Part shown: one piece after another, positions 11,403 through 26,076 of the stretch
Numbering within the stretch: the first letter of the stretch is position 1
Layout of the letters: every line of letters starts with the position of its first letter
Assembly: GCA_000934665.2 (NCBI GenBank)
Contig: JYFJ02003360.1
Span: 1-43,010 of the forward strand
DNA length: 43,010 nucleotides
Origin: Catajapyx aquilonaris
Taxonomy: Eukaryota
Reading direction: 5' to 3'
Made by a program: the position numbers and the translations under genes
The notes under the pieces: generated by a model
Database searches by the model: none
What the model was told of the DNA's origin: nothing
The model's input: only the letters and a program-made list of their open reading frames with translations

Positions 11403-13848
11403 GTGCAGAGTGGTGTAGGCTACTACTATATCTGAACCTTGTGTGAATGACCCCAAAAGACAAACCGTTGGTGACACTCCTCGTTTTTTTTTACAAAAAA
11501 TTCCGGAAGAGTCGAATCCTTTGGAGCGTCAAACTTAATTCCTTCCCCTCCCTTTTAAGAGAGTTAATTAGTAATTGGGATATTAAGCCGGGCTAATTGC
11601 CTGCGGAGAGTACGTTTTTAACTGCCTTTAGTTCAGACCCGAGCGGCTTTAATGCAGTTACGACCCAAGCTCCGGATATTTTTAGCCGAAAAAAAAACAA
11701 GAAGGATGAGCCTCCAATCCGGGGAGTCTCGTTTGCCGGAGAAAAAAAAATGGATGTGACATATGAACCAATAGCCCTTTCGATGATGGGGGGTGACTGG
11801 TGGGCCTAACTTCACCCCCCAAAAAATATTGGGCAGGGGCTAATGAGGCAGGAGTTATGGCTTCCCCCCCTCATCAAAAGTGCGCTGCCAATATGATTTT
11901 AAAATTTTTTGATGGCGCATCAGCGACACCGATAAAGCGCGCAAGATGGATTATTGGGGCGCAGGATGTTTGGCATCAAATGGGGCGGACGATTAGTTGG
12001 GGGTAGGGAATTTGGGGGGGTCACATAAAGCCAAACCCCCCCCCCCCCCCAACCCATACCGAATGTTGATGCTTTGGGATTGGGAGGGGGGCAAATAATA
12101 GCCTATTTAAATGTTATTTACTCCAAAACTGATTTAACTTGGGCTAAATATTTTATCTGGACAATCAATAATTTTTTGTGGTATCAGTGCAGGAGAGGAT
12201 CATTCTAAGTATTTCGCTCCAAGCGATTTTCTACACATATTTAAAAATCAGTACGAATTCACCCCCAAAATATGGATGCATCAAGTTTAAATATCGGGTG
12301 GAAATTATTCAAAAAGGTAAGGTCCAAATTCATTGTGATTTTCAGCCTAATCCAGCTGAGATTGTATAACGTAATGTGATTGCCTAGTGCACAGGATTTC
12401 ACTCTGGATTAGTTTGAATAATTATGAGACATCCTGTTGTGTATGTCCTGCACGCATAAAATATGGGCAATATTTTTCCGGCCTGTTAACAGTCAGTGGC
12501 AGGTGCTTGTTCGGACTGCTGCGGGCACGACATTTGTGTCCGCTACTTGATGGTGGCCAAATTAAAGAATGTTGTTCACAGCCCGTTGGACCCCACCAGG
12601 AAAAAAAAATAGGGGCAGCATGAAATGGGAATTACAGAGGACATGTTACACGCATTGGGAGTGGGTAGGGGGGTGTTAACAGCCTCGTTTTAGGAAATGT
12701 AATGTATTGCGTGGTGTAAGCAGTACATTGTTGTTCGGAATGAGGGGGGGGGGGGTTGAAAGAGGCAGTGTTGCTGCAGGGAGGCAGAGATTTGTGAAAC
12801 GTCCCCTGGGACATATCATTTGGGTCAGAATCACGACGTATGTGACATCTGGACGCATCCTTGTTGACCAATATATTGCAACAATGTTGCCAGTGTTACA
12901 TGACTGTGTAGCCATTTAAGGGCTCTTGTAAAAAAAATCATACTGAAAGTACTAACAGGAACAGCTCACTTTGTTTTATGGCTACAGCGATTAATAACAG
13001 TCATTTTGAATTGGCAATAAAAATGAGGGTTGATGTGGAAACGGAAGGAAGTTGGGTTGGTTGGAAAGGGGGGTTGAGGACCGGCCCTCAACAACACGGG
13101 TCATCAGCCGGTGCGATCATCCCATTCGCCATTTTACCCCTCCTGGTCGAGAGGGGAGTTTTCATTTTAACTGCCAATTCAGACTGTTATTAATCGCCCT
13201 TGTTTTTTTAAACGTAATTGGACTAGAAACCGGGCCAATCTCCGGAACTACCCTTTTTTTGTTGTTGCGAAAAGTGATCTGCGCCTAGTTTCCGCCGTTA
13301 TGAACCTGCACATAAATTATATTCTGCACCAAGGATAACCATAGCTGTTGTTAGCTGATCGTGTCGTTTAAATATTCTGCGGACGTGTCGCTCACGTCTA
13401 GTTGAAACAAAAGACCTGGCTTGAAAAAGCAACCCCCGCCCTTCTCTTTTTGGCAATATCTGTTGCATGCAGGGTCGATCTGGCATCTGCACCCTGGGAT
13501 GATGAGCACTGTGCCAAAATTGGGTGACAAAGCCCTCCTACCCATCAGTTGCCAATTGTATGCATCTGCACTCTCGCTCGATTCAACCACCCTACCCACC
13601 CCAATCAATACACCCATTTTGCCTCCTTATCGGAAGAGGAGGAACTTTGCTCCAGAAGGGGTTGGGGAGAGGTAAATCCCTGCCGCTCAAAATGGCCGCG
13701 AATGAAGTGTGAGCAAACAAATGGTTAGTAGTTACACGAGGAATTTGGATGAGACTATAGGAGGGGGGGAGTAATTGCATCCCAGATTTTTAAAACAAGA
13801 GGAATTATCTGGTTGGAGATAGAATTATTCTGGCCTAAACTGTATCCA

Positions 13849-13975
13849 CGGTGACTCATCACCGACGTGCATGTAGTACTACTTTCCTCCAGAGAGCGGC
13901 AGTAGTGTGTAGAGAGGGATCTTGTGCGCCACCGGTAGTAGCAGTAGTGGGCTTGGCAGTGTTGCCAAGTTTTTT
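13849..13975 (+). repeat. Dispersed repeat family C, single-arm subtype
   Basis: High similarity to 7988-8120; ends in GCAGTGTTGCCAAGTTTT, whose reverse complement is at 35951-35968. Confidence 0.85.
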
Positions 13976-15539
13976 GGTTTATATCAGACTATATCAGACA
14001 ACGAGTAGCGGTCACAGTTTCTTCCAACTGAAATGTGACTCGAGTAAGCACTATTTTTGCCTAAGAAAACTGGCCATTGCTTCTCGAGCATTACTTCCGA
14101 CGCGTTAGCTGTGCGATACTCCCCAGTTTTAATAAATGGCGTTTTGGGCGGAGGCGAAAATTGCGGAGAGAAGCACTTTCTGCTTTGCAGCTTTTGTTTA
14201 ATGTTGCTTTCCCAGCGATGACACGTAAGAGGAGTGGAGGAAATGGCTGAGGAAGTAAGGAAAACATAGGGTGTCCGAGGCCTTGCTGACGTGGAGTTAT
14301 TGGCTTAGAGACGCTAGCCCTAGTTGGCAAGTCTGAAAGAGAAAAAAAAAAGTACAGAGAAAACAAGCCCTGCTCTGGACGCACATCACTCGCTTTAAAC
14401 GCAAAAAAAGTACGGGCTATGTGCCTGAGCTTATTTACAATGACCGGGACCCATGATCATTTATTTACTGCCAGGCACACCCGGTTTTGCAGCCGTTGCG
14501 TGTAAACATTGAGATTTTTTTTTTCCGGGTACGTCCTCGATGCAGCCTGCAATTTGGTGTGTACAGTACTGGAAGCGTCTTTTTTTTGTTGATGCACAGG
14601 TGCTTTGACATGTGTGTTGTCACTTGGAGAGGGGGTGTTGCAGCAGGAAAGCATTATGGGCTGCCTGGTATCTGATGGTGAAAAACCTTTTCATTATACA
14701 GGTTGATTCGATCGAGAGTCAACCACGTAATTCTCTGTGCAAAGAGAAAATGTGCTGCCTGGGGGTACCCATCCTATGTGAAATGTACTAGGTCTATTTT
14801 CCCCCAATTAATTAGTCCATCGCAATTTTAAATGGTACGTTTAATTTTAACCGCTCACTGTACAGTTTAGTGCCAAAATGTGTAGCATCTCCTCTTTAGT
14901 ATATGGACTGACTGTTTTGTTGCAATAAACAACTTGCTTTAACAACATAGAGCTTGAAGTGCGAATAATAAACGCGACCTCTCATTTTGAAACGAACATT
15001 TTCAGTACTGCTTGAGTAATTTTGTAAAAATAAATGTGCACTTTTTTAGCCCGTCTTTTCTATCTTTTTTTTTGCATAGTAGTTGGAATTGGAGTAACTG
15101 CTTGGGCCTAATCTTATGGCCGGGGCCGAGGAGACGTGCCTCCTTCCGAAATTACCGGCTCGACGTCATTTAGCGCGTCTCGTTTCGCGAAATGTCATCG
15201 GCTGAGAAGAAGGGAGGCCACGACATGGCTTCCAAAAGCACCAACGACAACTGCTGCCTCAATTGTCTCCATCAAGCCCACACTTCGGGGTTTATGGGGG
15301 TTTATATGCGGCAGGATGAAGAAGGAGCCAACCCTCCTCATTCATGTACAACGGTCATGGCACATCGGGGGTGCTGTACTCCGACTTAACCGACCGGCTA
15401 AGTTGTTATCAAAATTGATGCAAAATATTTCAATTTTTTTTAAATAGAATGGTTCGTGGTCATCTCTTACTTGGAAAAAAAACCAAAATAAATAATTACA
15501 ACTGATTTTGGTGTCAACAGGGGAAAATTGATTCATGCA

Positions 15540-15945
15540 TTTTATTTGATTAGACCAAAATGAAATACTAAATGCAATAAACATTTTTTTCATTTATTTT
15601 ATTTTGTTCATTTATTGAGATAAAATGAAAGTAATTTATCCATTTTAAATTTTATTTATTTCCATTTCCATTTATTTTATTTTGTTTTTAAAGACTAAAA
15701 TGAAATAATGAATGTATTTTCCATTTTATTTTATTTATTTATTTTCATCTTATATTATTTTGAGAATAAGATGAAATAGACAGCGTATTTGCCTTTAATT
15801 TCATTTTATTTATATCCGCTTATTTTATGAGAATAAAATGAAATAAATGGACCTGTTTTCCATGTATTTTATTTTAATTATTTTGCTTGCTTCCATTTAC
15901 TTTTTTATTGTTTTACTTTACTCTATTAGAATAGAATAAAATTAA
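15540..15945. repeat. AT-rich degenerate minisatellite, about 65-75 bp period
   Basis: AARATGAAA anchor at about 15557, 15622, 15697, 15768 and 15835, each followed by TTTTA-rich runs. Confidence 0.65.
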
Positions 15946-17356
15946 CGAACTTCTTATTAAAATTGATTAATTTTTGACGTCAGTTTACTTTAAGCACGAA
16001 CCTCCGCTCTTGCGAAGACTAAAGCAATAATTTATCTGGATCACCTTGTATACAAGGGTGATTCGGTTTGAGTCATGTCGTGATAGACGGGGGCCGCAAT
16101 TTGCATAAACTGCACGGTATGAATTACCGGTGCGCCGTTCAATTATTTCCGTTAATGGCACTCTTCCACCATCACTCTCATCTGATCGCCAAGTTGGTTT
16201 GTAAAATAGTGCCGGATCGCATATTGGGGGGGGGCCAGAAATTCGGGGATCTAATACCCGCTGGCACCGTGAAAACCCAAATTGTGCGCATCACTATTCC
16301 AGGACGCGATTAATTTATCCCCCCCCCCTCCACTCCCCAATCTCCTGTGATTAAACACCGCCCCCACCCCCTCTTCTCGATCCCATAATCAGAGCCAATG
16401 TTACTCGCATTTCTCATCTCCAAACAACCGGAATTAATGCCTCCTCTTTCCATGACAATGTGAGCACAGTGAGGAAGGTGCATAATAGAAGAGAGCTTTA
16501 AAAAGAAAGGCTGTGTTATTGCTGCTAATTGTTGCACTGGGCCATTACCAATCGTAAATTCATTGAATGGAACTATTGCTTAATTAGACCTAATATTAAA
16601 TTACTGTTTACAAATTATCAGAGCGAATATTTTTGCTATACAAAGCGACTGCTTACAAACAAGAAGCTAAGGCTGATTAAAACAGCCAATTAGTAATGAC
16701 AATTCGAAGGCCAACAATGATCCTGTTGTACTGTACCGAAGAACTTCGTTTCGTCTGAATAACCTAACACTCTATACGTGTATCTTTTCCGGCTGTATTT
16801 GCACTTACCGCGCATATACAATAAAAAATGCGGTTACAATTTGCGGTGTCTAATCAAACGGATGGAGGAAATTTGCCGTACCAACTCTCAGAGCAGAACC
16901 AACATTGACGGAGAAAATGAACAAAAAAAAATGCAATTTTTTTTTGCGGAGAGCTCGGCTGGTTTGCCCAAATCGGATTACTCCACGGGGGGTTTTCTCT
17001 CTCTCTCACTCTTTTTGTATTCAGGCCCGTTTCCCTCCATTGGTCGTCTCCTATATATACTCGGCTTCCTTTATGATTTAACTGCACTGTTGTGCAGGGC
17101 AAGTGGGGCAAGATAACGGCTATGGAAGTGCGGAACGTGCCGGAACAATCCGTGCACGATTTGACTCGGGGAAGCGGACAATCAGCGTCTGCGCCATGTA
17201 GTTTTGTATAATATTCAGGTGTACAGTTTCCTGAATAATAATAACTATGGTGTGAACATTGTGTGATCCCGTTGCCAAAATTTGGCAAAGTCTATAATCA
17301 TGAAGCAACTTTAATGAGGTGGCCCGCCAATTTACCAAGTAGTACTATTTTTCACG

Positions 17357-17459
17357 CATATGTGGCGCATACGTCCTCTGCACACCAGCAGGTCGTGCAT
17401 GAGATAGCGATACTATCAGGTCGGACAAACATCCGACGGAGAGAATAAGCCCATCATTA
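17357..17459 (-). repeat. Family C solo arm (diverged)
   Basis: TGGCGCAT...CCTCTGCACAC...CAGGTCGTGC...TACTATCAGGTCGGACAAACA matches the right arm of the 31058-31283 foldback. Confidence 0.7.
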
Positions 17460-20400
17460 GGAGAAATTTGATGATGATGATTATGAATTTTATGATTAAT
17501 ATTAATAGCAACTTTTAACCGAAAAATATCCAGGCGCCACTAGACCTCAGTTGAATCAAACTTGATCCAGAAAAATCTGCATCTTTTCCACGCCCCTCAC
17601 ACCCTGGGTTTTGTTCGCAAAAACGAAAATGGCGAACGCGATTTCCTGGCATAAAATTTTAGGCGACAAGCGACCCGCCGATGCGCAAAGTCGTAATTCC
17701 TTCATCATAATTCAACCCGGCGAAAAAGTCTATGCCAAAGGACAAAAAAAGGAGAAAGAAAATTAGAGCATTTTCCACAAAGAAGAAATTTATTTCGCTT
17801 CCAAATCAATTGAGCCGCATGTAACGATATACGTCCAGAAAAAGCGGATCCGGAATGTATATATTTTTTAAATAATAAAAAAGCGGCAGCTATAAATGCA
17901 AAGCGGTAGACATGAATCAGGTTGTATGTGTATGGGGGGGTCACAAGAGGAATAAAACATGCAGAATGTAAAGTCTCTTGAGCATGACGCGGGCGGCGAT
18001 CCGAGGAGATTATCGGGGGCCTGGTTCCTTTTTTTTATGGTGGGTTTTTTTGCATGGCTTTTCAGCAGGGGTAACCCCCCCCCCCCCGGATTTTGCTGGG
18101 GAACGGTGCCTGCGAAATATATTACCACAGCCAGACTCTTACAATTTTGGCTGCTGCGGATGTACCGGAGATCTCACTTCACAGGCTGACGGGCATTGCG
18201 GGTGATATGTTCCTCTCTTCTTTTTTTCGTGTGTCGCAGGTTGGTCGGTTTGTAATTGAAATGTATAGGGCGTGACATACTTTGTGTGATGTCTCCAGAG
18301 AGGAGTCGTGTGTCATGACATGTCTGCAGGTGCACTTAGGACTAGAGAGGGTTTTTGGTGTCCTGTGGTCAAAAGTGGTCGAAACCTGAGAAGGCGCCGT
18401 ACATGGTGGTGCAGTGTGAAAGGCTTTTTCTGGTCTGAAACACTGCAATAATTTTCCTGGTGTAATTTTCATTCTAGAATACTAATCTTCTTTTCGCGAG
18501 CCTCTGATAACGAATGTTAGGATTCCTTTGTAGGAACAACCGATTGGAAAAAACGGGGCATTCCTTTTTTTGTGTGTGTACAGGAGGGGGGAAGCAAAGG
18601 AGGATTTATGGATCCAATAATATTGGGCAAACATTTACCTCCTTTTTGTTGCGCCGGGCCAGGTCTTTTACTGTGGGAAGAAATGTTATCTTCCATGGCC
18701 CGTGGTGTCATCCTGGCATAGGCTGCAACCCCCATGCAAAACCCTTCTCATATCAGGCCTGGGGAGGATTTATTTACTTTGGGGTTTTGTCAACTTTGGT
18801 GTCGCGGCTGGATTTTGGGAACGTAGGGTGTGCAACGGTGTGCAAGATGGAAGGGTGAATGCGAAGAAAATTGATTCCCATTAACTTCAAGACCGTGCTG
18901 CATTGTAGGCTGAATCAGTAATTAACTTGCCATTGTTCCCCGCTAGAATGGGCACAATTATGCACCCACATTGAGCCAGTATTGTGTCTGAAAATGATGA
19001 AAATTGTCTTTCATGTAGGCAAGAACCAGGTAACCACCAGGTTACATGCAGCCCTAGTTATAATAATTAGGCAATGAGAATTTATTGTGACCAATTATTT
19101 TTCGACCATATAGTTTACCTCGACGATAATTTTATTGGGAACTTGATTTGTTGCCATCAAATATTTCAAAGTGAAACTACCTCTTTTTCTGGCGAATGTT
19201 GTCGTATGGAGACATCCACGAAAGAGAAGAACATGTTTTGCTTACAGATCCGTATAATTGAAATCCTGCAAACTTTAAATTAATTCTGCACACGCCTAAT
19301 TTATTACTGGTACTGTCCAGTTTAACCGCCATTTAATGGGCAATATCATGTAGCTATAGGCCAAGAGTATCTGCGCGTTTGAACAATATGCTATCAGGTT
19401 ATCTAAACTGCTCCTACGCTTTTAAAAAAAATATATATATTTTAATCTACACGCTGGTATTGGATCAGATGCACATTACACGTCCTACTGATTGCAACCA
19501 TCTGCAATATTTATAGTACCCCAGCGACCGTTTTTGGTAATTGAGTTATCGATAATGAAATTCAGCGAAATGCGTTGCGGTTAACTGCCCACAGATACAC
19601 ACTATCTGCTTCCTACAGGTTGGCAAATTTATCGGCGCCAAATTAGACTTTGACACCATTAGTGATGTATGTGTCACGTGCATTGCCTGCTGGTCACCCC
19701 CCATAATAATTACATTTCAATACATGATCGCAATTAGTGTCGCCATTTTGCCACATTAATCCACCAGTGATGGTGACCTCATTTCGACCTTTAATTTTTT
19801 TTTAGTACACCGGTATATTAACAAAGTATTTTTTTTAGAAACCGCTGTGTAAGCTTAAATCTTCCCTTGATGTGATAGGGCCTAAGTGCCAAAAAAATGT
19901 CCTAACTGGACGGAACAGTGTGGAACGGCCTGTCCAGATATCAGATTAAGGACGCCATGTTAACAGGGACTTACACGCTGCTGGACACATGTTGTCACGC
20001 AGCTTTTTTTTGTGTGTGTGGCCGCAAGGTGGGCTCGGGGTATATGACGGGGCAAAATTGGAAGCCGCAAATCCCTTCAACTTTGTTACTTCATGCCGGA
20101 TTACAATCGGAGCATTGATGAAGCGGCATGGGGTGTTCATGTGGCCGAAAATTTTTGGCTTTACAAAAAAAAAGAGGATGGGACTATAATGCTAAAAAAG
20201 CCGCGAATATTATTGGCATATATTATGCTGTTTGATGTATTAATACGCTCTCTTTTTGCATGTACGCCTGTGGGGTGTATTGCGAGGTAACCGCCTTTGT
20301 CGCGGATTATACGTGTGGTTTTTTGGGGGAGGTGCAAACATGGGCCCTCCACCCTTGGCTTTGTTTTTTTTTTAAAAAAAATATTTGCGAGCCATTCCCC

Positions 20401-23400
20401 CTTCGAAACGGGGCCAACTAATTCGCGGAAAACGCAATACATGTTATAGCCAGGGCGATTTTTCATCCGGTGAACTCGCGTGCATTATTGTGAAAGCTGT
20501 GGAAGATTAGGGGGGGCATTGTTTTTCGATGCATGTATACAAAAATCCTGGGCTTGTTTCAGGACCGGATTTAGCTTGGATTAGAGGGGAAAGATTGATC
20601 CCGTTAATTAATATTGCTGACCGGAACGGAACCTCGTTACAACATTACGGCTTGTTTGCGCATACATAAGGCCAATTTCGGATATTAGACTGCTGGAACG
20701 AACCTGAAAAAATTACTGTACGTTTTGTAGTTCCGCAGGGGCAACGAATGTTATTGTGGCTTTGCCAATGCGAGATGCATTCGGACGCGCTCTCTGAACT
20801 TTCACCACTTGGTCGCGTAGTAAATATCTTCCGCTTATTTTGCCTAATCTGTGGAGCTATTTCGTTTGAAGAGGAACGGAGACGACCAGTGTGAACACGG
20901 CTGTAATCTTGGCCTCATAACTCCCTGGTTTTAATCCGGGGAGAAACTCGTTATTTTGATTACACTGACTATTGCAATTAAGCCTTGATGGACATCAGTG
21001 TTGATTAAGGCCTGTTGCAAGAGTGTTTGAATGAGATTCACGTAATTAATTCCTCCAGGAGGCGCGATCGACGAAACGGGGCGGATCTTGGGAGGCCTGG
21101 CTTGATATTTAAGGATTTAGGGTTCCCTAGGTGGCCTTCTCCTTGTCTGCGGGCCCGGAAGAAGAGCCTCCGGAGAAATGGGAGGGAAGGGATTGTATTC
21201 CAAGAGGAAGATCCAGGCCTTAGATAGAGCGGCGTCTCTTTCCTTGGCTCCAATTCGTTTGGCATGTATACGGCCATTGAGTTGCCTATCGGTCCGGGGA
21301 TACGAGTTGGGGGGGGGGGAGACTATATAGACTCCTCTTTTATACCCTATGCACCTCCCAGCCAAAACCAACTAGTCCCAGATCTCTCCTAGGGGGAGGC
21401 TTACGACCGGATAATCTACTCCCATCACTTTCACGCCTGCATTTTGTTCGCCTGCAGCTATATACACACCCCACGGATTTATATGCAGCTGGCGCTAAGG
21501 GAACTTGAATTAACTTTTTCACTCGCATTGGGTGCTGAAACTTGAAGGACATATGTCGCGTTATTTGCATATATTTGCAGAAAAAAAGAGAGGCGGCTGC
21601 TGGTCTAGAATCAGATTTACGTCGTGGCGTTGGGGGGCAAACGTAGAGAGAAATGGAGGAAAAATGCATATGGAATGATTTTCTGTCGTAATCAGAAGCC
21701 AACCGCTGAGGGAAAAAGGCTATTCAGAAACGCAAACTATAGCAAAAGGGATTACTTATGGTCCGGCGGATTGGCTGGAAAAATGGAGCTTCTGCTGTGT
21801 TGTTTCTCTGAATGCTTCTGTCGTTCTTATAATATTATTTAAAGTACAGCTTGTATGATGTGTAAACATGCTTGATACTTACATAATCTAATCAGAAAAA
21901 TGGGATAGATACTCGTAGCTACATGTGAAGAAATTATTGAAAATAGGCATCAAAACCGACGATCTGCAATGCCCTGTTTGGTTGAAACTTTTATGATGAC
22001 ATTGTTTTCATCTCATACTGACAAGGCAGATCGTTCCCGGTTCGTTCCATCACGTTCCGTTCCCTGCCAGATAACTGCAGTTGATTTGTGCAAGCCCTGC
22101 CTGGTAATGTGATAGAGATAATTGGGGATTTCACAGACCCCTAACGACCCTAAATAAAGCCGGGAATGCTATAGACTCGGGCACTTGTATTTACACAGAC
22201 GGCCAAAGTGTTTCCACAATGCAAATGAACATTAACTATGTATAATTTGAGCGTGCGAATCGCGCCTGATTAAAAGTACTGCCTGGCTGCCACCAAGCCG
22301 CAGTATCTATTTATTTATTTATTTGCATAGCAGCGCCCTTGTGTATTCGAACGATTTAGACAGAGCGAAAAGCAGTTTGGCAAAATCAATTTAGTTTAAA
22401 AAAAGAGATAATTGCGAAAACAATGCTCAAACGTGTTCGCAGTTCATTTTTGCAATTTCAATCGGGGCATGTTCACCCTTGACATACACAGATCCAATTT
22501 TATGCATACATATTTTTCATATACCGGTACTGTACAGTACTTGTATTTGAAATGGCTTTTATTTTATTTATCCACTCTCTAAAAGTATTGTGTATAAAAT
22601 TATTAATTTCATACTCAAACGCAACGTGTATGTATTATTCTTTGTACATGTGCTAGTGTATGATGAAGATACAATTTGTGTACATAAACTAACTAATGTA
22701 ACTAACACAATGCAATACACAATATTCGCATTTTTTAGCGCAACTAGTGTACCTTGCTTAGATGCACGTTGCTTTTATAGAGCAGTTTAGACAACTTTTT
22801 AAAGATCATTTCATTGTTGGATGTCGCCTGATAATGAGTCTCATGCTTTGAAGTAATTTTAATAGCTTATTGCCTTGGATAGGAAAATCTTAATTGGTTG
22901 TTGGTTTGTTTGTTCAGTAGTTGGAAATATCAATTTGTCATCAGTGAGATCCATCTTCTATAGGGAGCTGTTGCTCACACATTTGCAGCCTCGCTTTAAT
23001 CACTCTTGGCTGGCCCGAGGCGCCGATTTTGACGTCCCTTCTCTCGATATCCGTATCAATGGAGCTCCGATCCTATATATACCTCCCGATATTCGGATCC
23101 GCGAATTTGTGAAACTGCCTCTGGCCCTTTTCTCCCCTCCCAGAAGCCATTCACTCCCATGCAGCCATCGAGCAACCGGACCTGCTGCCAATGCGATTTT
23201 CCCAGATGTTCTGATACAACACCCCCCTCCCCAACCCTTTTTTTTTTTCCACGCACTAACCCTTTTTCGTACGACCGTCAAACTGTGGTAATTGGCTATT
23301 GGGAACCGCTTTTGAGGGGATCTTATCCCTGCCGCCCATTTTTGGAAGCCGAATATCACCCTCTGAAGCTGGGGGGGAAAAAAAGGCGTGGAAATGACCT

Positions 23401-23884
23401 CGCATCGACACTATTGATTTCCGGTTTTGCCAGGTCGTGTGTGTGTGAATGTGCGTCGGTGGATGGTGAAAAAGGGGGGGAGGTGTCGACCGACCCCCTT
23501 TCCACTAATGAAGCCTCTAGGGCTGTAATCATGCGGCTGGTGTGTTGCGGAGGTTCTGGAGCTTTTCTTGGCAGGTGACTACCGGTCGTTATCCGACGCT
23601 TTGTGGTTAATTTCGGCACTTGTTGCGTTGACGGACGGTTTCATTTGTGCGTATTCAACCGGAACAGGACAGGCCGCATTTTGCAAAATTAAAAACGCTT
23701 ATTTATTCCGTAGTGAAATTATATTGAAGGCAATATTTTCAATGCGGCACGTTTCCTTTTAGCATTAAAGCCACGAGCAAACCAGATCTTTGTTGCTCGT
23801 TCCTTCAACAGCTAATTGTTAAATATAATTAACAGTGGCACAATTTGTTTCAGTAAGTTAATTAAATGTACAAATACAATATTA

Positions 23885-23990
23885 CAGTGTGACCTGCGAA
23901 GTTGGACACCCTAATATATTGGACACCTCCCTATATATGATGGACATGTCTTTTGGAACCATCAGTGGCCAACATAGACAGGTTTCACTC
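23885..23990. mobile_element. Decayed pogo/Tigger-like MITE
   Basis: TA-CAGTGTGACCTG ... CAGGTTTCACTC-TA with three internal TGGACA repeats. Resembles CAGTGGAACC-type pogo-like MITE ends (recalled family pattern, not a database match). Confidence 0.55.
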
Positions 23991-26034
23991 TAATAATAAA
24001 TAAAATTAAAATTAATTAAACCTAAACCACCGTGGTTTGCACCTGCAAAAGGGAATATTCGGCATAATTTAATTACTCTATAATAATTGATGACAAATTA
24101 TTTTAAAACCTATATAATTATATATTCCTGTCAATAAACACACTACGTAAATAATAGACTATAATAAACAAATCAAATATAATTAATTAATGAAATCCGG
24201 ATATTTAATTGCTTAGGCGATAACAACAATGGACAACATGATCATAACATGGTGCATTTACAAACCTTTCTTTGTCATATGAATGGACCCAAATTTTCTG
24301 TACAAGGCCGAAATGAAAAATCAGAGCTCGTTCAAATATTTTTTAAGTCCTCAATTTTCAAACCTGGCCATATCTGATTGGAGATAGAATTCCAGTCGGA
24401 CTCGACCTCTCCTTATTCTCGTTAGACTCAAATTGCTTCAGGCCGAACGTGGAAAAGAAAAGAAAAGAAAATTAAGCGTTTCCGTACATCATGGGAACAA
24501 AGCCAAAGGGGGCATTCCGGAGGAAAAGAGTGTGCGAAATCGAAACTGCGTTTTTCCTCTGCGATTTTTTCTCTCTTTCTCTATACCCATTCTCGCATCA
24601 GTTCTGGCTGAAATATGGCTCCCCCCTCTAACCTCCTTTATTGCGCCTCGGGGACCCCTCATTTCGGAAGGGTGCAAAGACGCTAAGTGTAATCACCTCT
24701 ACTCGTTGCTCGGACTGCATTGCTGCAAATGCGACTCGCCAAAAAAAAAATCGCGACTCTTCAAAAGAGCGGGGGTGATGGAAATGGAAGGGATTTCCAG
24801 TAGGGAGGACGCAAATGGAGGTGTAATGAGATTTATTCATCTAGAGAGGGGGGGCTTGTGTAGAAAGATTTTTTTTTTCTCTGTCCGATTCAGAAACCTC
24901 GCAGGTGCCACGCTGCTTTTGTCACGTTTCTGATGCAGGGTGGCGCCTGTATGATTTTTAATTACGGAGCAATTGGGCGCCTGATTGGAAAACCGCTGCG
25001 CTGGGATGACAGGTCAACAACTCCTGTACTCAAACGGAAGGTTGCCTAATTTCCATGAATTTGTGGTTATTCCTGAGTTGGCAGATTAATATAACTTGTA
25101 ACTGCATGATACTGTAGTAGCGTAAAAGTCATCTTTAAAAATTCCTCCCAAAAATTGAAATTCACAACTTGGTCTGATTTGATAAGTGTTAAACGTGACT
25201 GCGTAATGAAATCAGTGCTAAAAAAAATCTGCCAACCAGTTAACCCCCGTATATTTTCTTTCTATCCAGACACGAACCGAAATGACACGAGAGAATTGGA
25301 GAGAGAGGGGGGAGGAAAAAAGCAAACCCAATCCACTAAAATTCATTCGTTTTGACAAATGAATGCGTCCGTGCTCGCTGCATTGATTTCATTCCGCACC
25401 TGCTTGTGAAAGGTTCTCTCTGATGATATACACGGCGAATAATATCGGAGAGGTGGCGGCACCGAACCTGAATGTGACTTGACAGCCGCGAATTGGAATT
25501 TGTCATTTGCGTTTCATTTATTTTCACTCTCCCTTCTCTCTCTCTCTACCTCATGCCCCTTCCTCTATATATACGACGTGGAAAATGGGCTGGAAATGAT
25601 TTTTAGATATGTAAACCGTGAGGAGGGCGTCATTTGACTCTTGGATCCGGTTGGGTAAGCAACTGGGTTGGTCTTTCCAGACTCTCAAGATTTGGATCGA
25701 GAATCGATAAGGAAGAAGCAGGGGAGCCAAGAAGGGATGGGTGGTGGGTGGTAGGGAAGAATCGGATTGTGGCCAAGTTCAGTCATCAAGGGAAGCGGCG
25801 GAACAAGGCGGGACTGGATATAAAAGAGGCGTCCACTCTCTCTCTCAAAGGGCTTTTTGATCCACCTTGTGTCAATGGCCGACTTTCAACCCCAACACCA
25901 AAAGCTGTGGCTGATGATTGGCTCGTTTATACAGAACTGGCGAGGAAAGTTGCACACACAGGCAGGTCCGGGAGTACCAACTCAAAGGATGTAATAATTG
26001 GTAATATGCGTGCTGATAAATTGTTCAAATACAC

Positions 26035-26076
26035 ATGGGAGATCCCCGAGAAAACCACCGCGAATCCTGAGAGAAC
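26035..26076. repeat. Short diverged repeat, possible SINE remnant
   Basis: ATGGGAGA..CC.CGAGAAAACC...CGAA...TGAGAGAAC is similar to 27633-27677. Confidence 0.4.

Noticed and set aside
11998..12092. G/C runs as G-quadruplex candidates
   Set aside because: Homopolymer runs are ubiquitous in this window and their lengths may be unreliable, since some contain Ns elsewhere.
24433..24933. Longest ORF in the track (166 aa)
   Set aside because: Non-ATG start, homopolymer-derived K/F/G runs, no recognisable domain or splice structure; consistent with chance.
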